Origin: a virus
IMG/VR virus record: IMGVR_UViG_3300031251_000003
Coordinates: 94,107 to 158,106 of that record
Strand: one strand, 5' to 3'
DNA: 64,000 nt
A model generated the notes under the pieces. The model ran no database searches. It was not told where the DNA came from and saw nothing but the letters and a program-made list of their open reading frames with translations. Made by a program: the position numbers and the translations under genes. Positions 57,127 to 64,000 of the stretch are shown here, in pieces (positions within the stretch are counted from its first letter, which is position 1; each line of letters begins with the position of its first letter).

Positions 57127-57438
57127 ATGAGTAGACCCGTTTGTAAATGTCATGGGTTTCCCATGCGTAAGCACGGGTTCAGGCAGAATGGCAAGCAGAC
57201 GTGGAGTTGTTCGTTGAAACGACGGGGCATAGTCCAGAAGTACCGTGATACTGCGGTGGCGATGGGACTATGCCCCTCTTGTTGTATCCGAAAACGACCA
57301 TTGGGTCAAAGTAAATGTAATTACTGTGCAACATATCAAGTCAACAAGACAATAGATAAATACACATATTTGTTATCGCTGGATCGAAATGATCCAGAGT
57401 ACATAGCAATAGTTCAAGGAGGTAGTGTTAATGGCTAA
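57127..57438 (+). CDS. Cys-rich hypothetical protein
   Basis: CKCH, CPSC, CNYC. Confidence 0.5.
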   Translation: MSRPVCKCHGFPMRKHGFRQNGKQTWSCSLKRRGIVQKYRDTAVAMGLCPSCCIRKRPLGQSKCNYCATYQVNKTIDKYTYLLSLDRNDPEYIAIVQGGSVNG

Positions 57439-57652
57439 ACCAAATAGGCCCAAGGTAACCGACGAGGTTAGAAGGGCTAAGCTAAAGACGAGCGCCGTTC
57501 TTCGTGCTCAATTTAATTTGAAGACAGCATTAGATCGTGTGGACTTCGCCTTTGATGTGGTTAAACCAGCACTTGCAGAGGTTGAGCTAGGTGCAACCAA
57601 GGGTGAACTACCCCAATTCGTGATTGAAGATGATAGTAAGAAAGACAACTAA
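57431..57652 (+). CDS. Hypothetical protein
   Basis: AAGGAGG RBS. Confidence 0.6.
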   Translation: MAKPNRPKVTDEVRRAKLKTSAVLRAQFNLKTALDRVDFAFDVVKPALAEVELGATKGELPQFVIEDDSKKDN

Positions 57653-58229
57653 GAAACTACGCATCCTCGATTTCGATATCGAGAACAGGCCATTGTCCTA
57701 CTGGTTTGATGGACGATGTACCGCAGAGATCACCGCTATCGCTTGTTCGTGGAGCGATAGTGACAAGGTAAACGTGTGGTTGCTGGGTGAAGATGACCCC
57801 GAAGCTATCCTTGAAAACTTTGTCGAGCAGTACGACCAAGCTGACATCGTTACTGGCCACTACATTCGTAAGCACGACTTGCCGATCATCAATGCTCATT
57901 TGTTTGAGTATGGGATGAACCCGTTACAGTCAAAGCTTACGTCAGATACCAAGCTAGACCTGATGAAGATGGGTAGCTTTTCAATGTCACAGGAAGCTCT
58001 AGCGGCTTACTATGACCTGCCCGAACCCAAGCATCACATGGATCAGGCAGCTTGGAGATCAGCTAATAGGCTTACTGCCGCTGGTATTACCAAGACTCGT
58101 AAGCGAGTCGTAGATGATGTCATCCAGCACAAGGCTCTTCGAGAAAGACTAGTTGCCGATGGCGTCCTAGGTGAACCTGTTTGGTGGGAGTCTAAGGGAA
58201 CACCTGTAATAGGTTCGTATACACCGTAA
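57630..58229 (+). CDS. RNase H-fold 3'-5' exonuclease (DnaQ/PolB-exo-like)
   Basis: ILDFDIE, IVTGHY...HDLP, DDV. Confidence 0.8.
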   Translation: MIVRKTTKKLRILDFDIENRPLSYWFDGRCTAEITAIACSWSDSDKVNVWLLGEDDPEAILENFVEQYDQADIVTGHYIRKHDLPIINAHLFEYGMNPLQSKLTSDTKLDLMKMGSFSMSQEALAAYYDLPEPKHHMDQAAWRSANRLTAAGITKTRKRVVDDVIQHKALRERLVADGVLGEPVWWESKGTPVIGSYTP

Positions 58230-58549
58230 TGGAAAGAGCGTACGCACCACACTGCGATTCATCTATCTTGCACAAGCCCGGTGAGTGTAAGTATTGTGAT
58301 GAGTATGCAGACTGGCAGGAGATGAGAACGACCCAGCGGATCAATTTCACTGGTCACTTCGATAAAGATAAGGCTCCATGCCCGTCCCATTACTTCAGAG
58401 ATCCAGAGATCGCTGAGTTGTGGGGCGGGAACATGCCTACCAGTATGGTGGATGAAGCACAGAGAGAAGTAATGTTAAAGACTTACAATATTTTAACCGC
58501 TCGTGGATTAGCAGTACCACCAGATTTGAGAAAGGAGATAGAAGGGTAG
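58229..58549 (+). CDS. Hypothetical protein ending in a portal-like peptide
   Basis: PHCD..ILH.PGECKYCD; C-terminus matches a portal segment. Confidence 0.65.
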   Translation: MERAYAPHCDSSILHKPGECKYCDEYADWQEMRTTQRINFTGHFDKDKAPCPSHYFRDPEIAELWGGNMPTSMVDEAQREVMLKTYNILTARGLAVPPDLRKEIEG

Positions 58550-58601
58550 GGTCGTTTCTGGCGGCGCGAGCATAGTCAATGGTTGTCAGAATAGTAAACA
58601 G
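58550..58601 (+). repeat. Conserved intergenic element, copy 1
   Basis: 26-nt exact match to 62894-62919, plus a similar upstream box. Confidence 0.75.
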
Positions 58602-58613
58602 TTGGGAGGGAAA

Positions 58614-59096
58614 ATGAGTGACGGTTCTAATTTAGGAGTAACAGCAAGGCGAGCATTAGACACGATTCTGGGTGGAGATCCGTCTCCTACTGAGGATGAG
58701 ATCCAGACTCCCGAGCAGGTATCGGCTCGTATCATGAATGCTCCTAGTCCATTAGAGGGCGGGCATGTATTCGAAACTTACGGTGAAGATGGTTATGCTG
58801 TCGCCGCAGATGCAATCGCCAAGGCGTTCTTGCTGGTTGCTCTGGACGATCCTGACATTCTTGACCGGCCTGTATATTGGGGGCCAGAGAACACGGAGAT
58901 TGAAGATCTCTGGGGTAAGCAGGCTTCTAGTCCCGAGACAGCAGTGTGGGATAAGGTTTGTGCCCAATGGCCTGGGTTCGATGAGTGGCTGGGCGGTGCG
59001 TCTGGGTTCATGGTTAGTTTCGCCTACAACACAGTCAAGTACATCATCGGCCAGGAAGTTACAGGTAATTCAGCAATCGTGGAGATCAATGTCTAA
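58614..59096 (+). CDS. Hypothetical protein
   Basis: GGAGG RBS. Confidence 0.65.
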   Translation: MSDGSNLGVTARRALDTILGGDPSPTEDEIQTPEQVSARIMNAPSPLEGGHVFETYGEDGYAVAADAIAKAFLLVALDDPDILDRPVYWGPENTEIEDLWGKQASSPETAVWDKVCAQWPGFDEWLGGASGFMVSFAYNTVKYIIGQEVTGNSAIVEINV

Positions 59097-59262
59097 GAAA
59101 CCAACAGGAATGCAGGTTACTGTCTATGATCTAGGCAGTAATCCCTTGCCCACAGAAGCAATCGAAGAGGTAGAAAAGGCTGTCGTCAATGTTCTTAAGC
59201 GACTTAAGAATCAGGATAGCTCGAAGTATTCTACCCTTGCTCATCTAGTGGTAACTGAATGA
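59089..59262 (+). CDS. Hypothetical protein
   Basis: GGAG RBS before MSKKPT. Confidence 0.5.
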   Translation: MSKKPTGMQVTVYDLGSNPLPTEAIEEVEKAVVNVLKRLKNQDSSKYSTLAHLVVTE

Positions 59263-59404
59263 GGCTAGTACCAGTTCACCACATGGCTCCGTGCCATGAG
59301 CAACCGGGTAAACAGGAGTGGTTTCATTGGCAGTGTATCGCACTGCATCCTATCAGATATATTCGATCACGAGGGCCAGTGCGCTTTCGTTATGGAGGAA
59401 AGGT

Positions 59405-60028
59405 ATGATTATTGGGTTAAACGGTAGGCTTAGATCAGGTAAGGATACAACATTTCATCTTATCAATGAGATGTATGGTGATGAGTTCAAGATTCAGCAG
59501 GTTAGTTTCGCTGCTAAGCTAAAGGACTCAGCAGCGGCTTCTATTGGTGTAACTCGTGCGGTTCTTGAAGAACTTAAGAACGATGAGGATCTTTACTTCA
59601 TCCTCTATCGTCGTAAGAAATTACAGACTTCCAATGTTCAAGAAGACAGGGCTGTAAGATTCAATGTACGTGAGTATCTTCAGTGGTACGGTACGGAAGG
59701 ACACAGGGAGATCTTCGGTGATGATTTCTGGGTAGATCAAGCTCTACCTTTAGACAAGGACTACAGTGATGGTCTTTATGTCGTCACCGATATGAGATTT
59801 CCAAATGAGGTTCAGCGTGTGAAGGATCTCAATGGTTTGTGCGTCAAGGTAGAGCGGGAATCTGCTACTGCCCATGGAGAACATGCTTCAGAGCAAAACC
59901 TCGATCATATGATCGATTATGTACTGGACAATACGGGATCATTAGATGATCTTCGTAACCATATAGCCGAGATGTTCGATCTGACCATCGCAACGAATGG
60001 AAGGGTGCTAAATGCTATTACAGGTTGA
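59405..60028 (+). CDS. Deoxynucleoside monophosphate kinase
   Basis: IIGLNGRLRSGKDT, FAAKLK, RE.LQ..GTE, TDMRFPNE, H.SE. Confidence 0.9.
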   Translation: MIIGLNGRLRSGKDTTFHLINEMYGDEFKIQQVSFAAKLKDSAAASIGVTRAVLEELKNDEDLYFILYRRKKLQTSNVQEDRAVRFNVREYLQWYGTEGHREIFGDDFWVDQALPLDKDYSDGLYVVTDMRFPNEVQRVKDLNGLCVKVERESATAHGEHASEQNLDHMIDYVLDNTGSLDDLRNHIAEMFDLTIATNGRVLNAITG

Positions 60029-60650
60029 TATAGATTCAACTCTCTACGACGCCGATAAGCTGTTCGGTGATCTAGCTGAAGAGGCAGGGATCAAGTGGCC
60101 TCGTAGAGACAATGGATGGAAGTCTCCTAGTGAGGTCTTCAAGGAAGATGGTACAGCTTGTAGCGTTGATGATCTCAAGAAGTTGTTCCGTAAGGCACAC
60201 TCACGAGAGTACGTGATGCTCAACAAGCCGTACCCAAATTCGGTCAAGGTTCTTGGGGATCTTGTCCAAGATCACCCCGACTTAGAGATTGCCTATGTAT
60301 CTGACCGTAACGAGCAGCAGACTTCTGCTCTTCGGGAGTGGTTGGATGATTGTGGGTTCCTCTTCAGTGAGGATACTCATGTAGCAGCAACCAAGGACAA
60401 GCGACACTGGATGCGCGAGCGCCGTCCCGAGATTGTCATCGATGACCGTGTTCGTACGATGCTGATGGCAAGGTACGAGCTAGGATCTTATGTTGTGTCG
60501 CTTCAGCACAACCATAACGTTAATCTCAAGGGCGAGTGTGAAAATATCCATATCGTCAAGGACTGGAAAGAGATTGATAAGGTATTACGGGAGAATATCC
60601 TCCCGCATGTTCAGCACAAAGCAGTAAGCAGAGAACGGGAGTTGGTATAA
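60012..60650 (+). CDS. HAD-family nucleotidase-like protein
   Basis: VDIDSTL, IDDR. Confidence 0.75.
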   Translation: MLLQVDIDSTLYDADKLFGDLAEEAGIKWPRRDNGWKSPSEVFKEDGTACSVDDLKKLFRKAHSREYVMLNKPYPNSVKVLGDLVQDHPDLEIAYVSDRNEQQTSALREWLDDCGFLFSEDTHVAATKDKRHWMRERRPEIVIDDRVRTMLMARYELGSYVVSLQHNHNVNLKGECENIHIVKDWKEIDKVLRENILPHVQHKAVSRERELV

Positions 60651-60890
60651 ATGGATGATGAAGTAAGAGAAGAACAACAGAACGAACCCCGAGTACAGAT
60701 CGGGCCGCATCCTCTTGGAGGTATTGCGGTCACGGCTCGTGGCCCTTCAGGGGATGTTGTAACCTCACGGATTGATTTGCCAGAGGCTACAATTCTGATG
60801 GCTCATTTGCAGTCATTGATTACGATGATGTTCCAGAGTATGTACGCTCAGGCAGCGCAGCAGTCTAATCTGGTGCAGGGGATCAAGTAA
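60651..60890 (+). CDS. Hypothetical protein
   Basis: ORF in operon. Confidence 0.55.
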   Translation: MDDEVREEQQNEPRVQIGPHPLGGIAVTARGPSGDVVTSRIDLPEATILMAHLQSLITMMFQSMYAQAAQQSNLVQGIK

Positions 60891-60891
60891 G

Positions 60892-61194
60892 ATGGGCCAG
60901 ATAGGGCCAGCAGAGAAGAAGACAACTGGTGGGGGAGACTTTCCCCCACCACAAGCACCACCTGAATTGGCGATTACCCCTGCGTTCATGTATGATCTTT
61001 ATCAGGCTGGGGTCGTGGGTACCAAGGAGTTTCGTAACTTCCTGGCCAAGATCGATCCTCGGTTCGCTGAGATCAGAGATCCAGATGTCGATAATCAGAT
61101 CGATGAAGAGGCTCGCCGCCGCTATCAGTTGTTCACACCGGCAGATGATGGAGTTGTCATTGACCGTGATGGGCAACTGAAGGGTGACGAATAG
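60892..61194 (+). CDS. Hypothetical protein
   Basis: ORF in operon. Confidence 0.55.
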   Translation: MGQIGPAEKKTTGGGDFPPPQAPPELAITPAFMYDLYQAGVVGTKEFRNFLAKIDPRFAEIRDPDVDNQIDEEARRRYQLFTPADDGVVIDRDGQLKGDE

Positions 61195-61229
61195 TTGCAT
61201 TTCCGTGGCTCTTATGATATTATAGGTGC

Positions 61230-61473
61230 CATGGAAACTTCTACAGCAATACTTGAGCGGTTACTTGAGATGGAGCAAGAGATTCAATCTCTCCGTGGTC
61301 AAGTTCACACTCTGGATAGCACTTTAACTGGTATCAAGCACTTCCTCAAGGTTGGTGCTGACTACAAGAACGAGAACCCAGAGCAGATCATCGCAGCTAT
61401 TCAGGCCGCATTGGGTAAGGCTGCTGAGTATCACAAGCCTGGTAAGGCTAAGAGACAAAGGAGAAATAGATAA
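61230..61473 (+). CDS. Coiled-coil hypothetical protein
   Basis: ATG just after a TTGCAT-N17-TATTAT promoter. Confidence 0.55.
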
Positions 61474-61637
61474 CATGCCGTTACTGTTACTAGTTGTTGC
61501 TGGACTGGTGTTGATCCTTGCCACCAGCTATACAATGCTGGGATGGGCACTGTTAGGATTGGGTGTCGGGCTATTCCTTTTGTGGCTCGCCTTCGTCTTC
61601 GGTGTCATCGCATACTTCTGGAACCAGGAGTTATAAG

Positions 61638-62351
61638 TTGGGATTGTTTGGGTCAAAGTCGCAGGGCAGCACTGTGAATGAAGAGTTAGTTACCCTCTAC
61701 AGGGGCGAATCTATTCATCCTCAGTTAGCTAAGGCATTTGACTGGTTTGATGAGGATGTCAAGCCATTTATGAACCAGGATGATATCATCATCGCCGGTG
61801 GAGCGATGCGTTCTCATTTCACGGGCACACCAGTTAGAGACTATGATCTTTATGTCCCGAAGAAGTATCTTGGCCAATTAGGGGGCGCTACCACCGATCT
61901 ATTCAAGAATCTTAGTGGTGGGTACTGGAAGAAATCGGTCGAGTCAGATATGTCATGGGTTTATAGATGTATAGAGTACGATCCTTTCAATCAACGGATG
62001 ACCGATAGGGCATTCAATGTATGTAAGAAGCCCTTTGAGTCTCCGCAGGATGTAATCGATACATACGATTTCACCGTATGTATGTGTGCAATGACGCAAG
62101 ACTCAATCACTCACCACCCTGATTACTTTACCGACCTAGCTACAAAGACCATTAGGATCCACGACTTGCATGATCCCATGGCTCTACTCTGGCGGTTGCA
62201 GAAGTACAATCGTTATGGATTCCAGATTGATAAGACTGAACTGTGGAGAGTAGTCGAAGCCGTCCATGAATTAGACGCACTACCTAAATTGAATACAGAG
62301 AACACAGAAACCAAGATCGTGAGCCTCAATGAGATCTTCCGGTCGTCGTAG
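61638..62351 (+). CDS. tRNA nucleotidyltransferase/poly(A) polymerase-like protein
   Basis: IAGGAMRS....RDYDLY, YDFTVC, R..KY..YGF. Confidence 0.75.
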   Translation: MGLFGSKSQGSTVNEELVTLYRGESIHPQLAKAFDWFDEDVKPFMNQDDIIIAGGAMRSHFTGTPVRDYDLYVPKKYLGQLGGATTDLFKNLSGGYWKKSVESDMSWVYRCIEYDPFNQRMTDRAFNVCKKPFESPQDVIDTYDFTVCMCAMTQDSITHHPDYFTDLATKTIRIHDLHDPMALLWRLQKYNRYGFQIDKTELWRVVEAVHELDALPKLNTENTETKIVSLNEIFRSS

Positions 62352-62358
62352 GTGAAAC

Positions 62359-62655
62359 ATGAGTGATGAAAAGACAATAGAAGGAATGAGATATGAGTTA
62401 GGCCGTGAGTCTGCTCAGAAGGGTGACCCTTTACATGAGGGGGCTTCTGAAGAGTTCTATCACGGCTATACGGACGCTAGACCGACTGCTTGGGCAGGAT
62501 CGTCAAATGTCATGCCTCGCCTCTTTGGTAAGGGAAGAGTTGTTCGAGAAGATCCTTGGGATTGCGTGTGCGGTGAACGAAACCGTCACTACTATCCAAG
62601 GTGCCAGATGTGTGGTATCTCGTACTCCCTAGCTAAGGAAGCTCTTAGTGAATGA
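62359..62655 (+). CDS. Hypothetical protein with C-terminal RanBP-like Zn finger
   Basis: WDCVCGERN....RCQMCG. Confidence 0.6.
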   Translation: MSDEKTIEGMRYELGRESAQKGDPLHEGASEEFYHGYTDARPTAWAGSSNVMPRLFGKGRVVREDPWDCVCGERNRHYYPRCQMCGISYSLAKEALSE

Positions 62656-62890
62656 AGAAATTAATATCGATTGGGAGTTCGTAACTCTGTACAGTGACAA
62701 GGATTGTCGTGTGATAGGCGATGTCTATTACAAGGCAGGGTACAATCATGGCCTAAATAGAACTGATTGTACTTTAGCCACTGAACATCCCGATCTAATC
62801 AAAGCGTATAGGATGGGATGGACTGATGGTGAAGGGGATCGTCTTGAACGATCTCTACAAACCCTATGGTCGTCTTCTGGCGGCGAGTAG
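62648..62890 (+). CDS. Small Rmf/CrpP-like protein
   Basis: YKAGYNHG...AYRMGWTDG. Confidence 0.45.
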   Translation: MNEEINIDWEFVTLYSDKDCRVIGDVYYKAGYNHGLNRTDCTLATEHPDLIKAYRMGWTDGEGDRLERSLQTLWSSSGGE

Positions 62891-62919
62891 GGTTCAATGG
62901 TTGTCAGAATAGTAAACAG
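62868..62919 (+). repeat. Conserved intergenic element, copy 2
   Basis: Matches 58550-58601. Confidence 0.75.
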
Positions 62920-62937
62920 AAAGGAGTTGAAAACCGC

Positions 62938-63924
62938 ATGAGAGTTAGAGAAGACGTAGGACTCAGTTACGACGATGTGCTACTTTTGCCCAAATTAGGT
63001 GTTCTGCGAAAACGAGCAGATGCCGATATTTCCGCAGAAGTGGTCAAAGGGGCAAGAATCGGTGTCCCGATCATTTCGGCCCCAATGGATTCCGTTACAG
63101 AATGGGAAATGGCGGCAGCTATGACTCAATGCGGTGGATTCAGCTTTATTCATCGAAATCTAACTCCGAAGGAACAGAAAGAGCAATTTCTCAAGTCTAC
63201 TCTGGGTAAAGAGCAGTATATTGGCTTTGCGGGCGTTTCTATTGGGATCGATGAAGGTTATGAGCGATGGAATCTATTGCGAGAGGCCGGATGTGAGATT
63301 TTCGTCCTAGATGTTGCTCATGGTCACCATAAGTCAGTAGGTGAATTCATTGAGAAGACTCCGGTGGATCTTTTTGAGTCATCTAGCCTAATTGTCGGTA
63401 ATATCGCTACAGCGGAAGCTGCACACTACTTTGCTGATCTGGGTGTTGCTGGTGTGAAGGTTGGTGTAGGCCCAGGAGCCGCCTGTTCGACCCGTGCAGT
63501 AACGGGTCACGGCGTACCGATGCTCACAGCTATTAATGATGTCTATTGGGCTATCTTCGACTATGGAATTACCCTAATCGCTGATGGTGGTATCAAGACC
63601 AGTGGGGATATCGTTAAGGCTTTGGCGGCTGGTGCAGATACAGTGATGATTGGTCGGCTTCTAGCTGGTGCTGATGAATCGCCTCATCCTGGTCTTTATT
63701 GGGGTATGGCGTCCCAGCGGGTCAATGGTCATCGTGCTCCTGAGGGTGTTGAGGGCGTAGTGGATCGCACTGGCCCTGTTGAAAACACTATTAAGCCATT
63801 AGCTTGGGGTATCAGAAGTGGCCTCTCATATGCGGGTGTTACCAACTTACAGGATCTTAGAGATATAGCGGAATTTATTCGTGTAACCCCTCAATCTACT
63901 CTTGAGTCGGGAGTAAGAATCTGA
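62938..63924 (+). CDS. IMP dehydrogenase/GMP reductase family protein
   Basis: [50 protein letters not shown]. Confidence 0.92.
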   Translation: MRVREDVGLSYDDVLLLPKLGVLRKRADADISAEVVKGARIGVPIISAPMDSVTEWEMAAAMTQCGGFSFIHRNLTPKEQKEQFLKSTLGKEQYIGFAGVSIGIDEGYERWNLLREAGCEIFVLDVAHGHHKSVGEFIEKTPVDLFESSSLIVGNIATAEAAHYFADLGVAGVKVGVGPGAACSTRAVTGHGVPMLTAINDVYWAIFDYGITLIADGGIKTSGDIVKALAAGADTVMIGRLLAGADESPHPGLYWGMASQRVNGHRAPEGVEGVVDRTGPVENTIKPLAWGIRSGLSYAGVTNLQDLRDIAEFIRVTPQSTLESGVRI

Positions 63925-64000
63925 TGGGTCATGTTCCTATGAGAGGGCTATATGAATCGGCATTCACTAAAGTAAGCATGGCTCGTGGCCCAATCCCTCC

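Noticed and set aside
1-64000. Alternative genetic code or suppressor tRNAs
   Set aside because: Long genes are intact in code 11, all three stop codons are used, and no tRNA with a CTA, TTA or TCA anticodon in a canonical arm was found.

Overview
This is a 64-kb segment of a large tailed (myovirus-like) bacteriophage. Many sigma70-type promoters sit only 6-9 nt before a start codon, which suggests leaderless mRNAs and hence possibly an actinobacterial host (inference). Layout: baseplate and tail genes (1-7.3 kb); an SNF2 helicase, small early genes and a holin-like gene (7.3-12 kb); a ~19-kb RNA island (12.1-31 kb); a replication, recombination and nucleotide-metabolism module (NrdJ, DnaC-like loader, DnaB, DnaG, SSB, RNase H, DnaE, RecA, RuvC; 32-49 kb); and terminase, head and portal genes followed by metabolic genes (49-64 kb). 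The RNA island holds about 46 tRNA genes covering all 20 amino acids, a tmRNA, an RNase P RNA, a ribosomal protein S12 substituted at the streptomycin/accuracy residues, a free-standing copy of the 23S rRNA GTPase-associated (L11-binding) centre split by an insertion, a circularly permuted tRNA-like (Y-RNA-like) RNA, a four-copy covarying RNA module (one copy encloses a tRNA), several tRNA mimics with altered anticodon arms, and many other unexplained structured RNAs. Together these look like a phage-encoded system for taking over or protecting translation. All calls were made by eye with no database searches, and RNA ends may be off by a few nucleotides.
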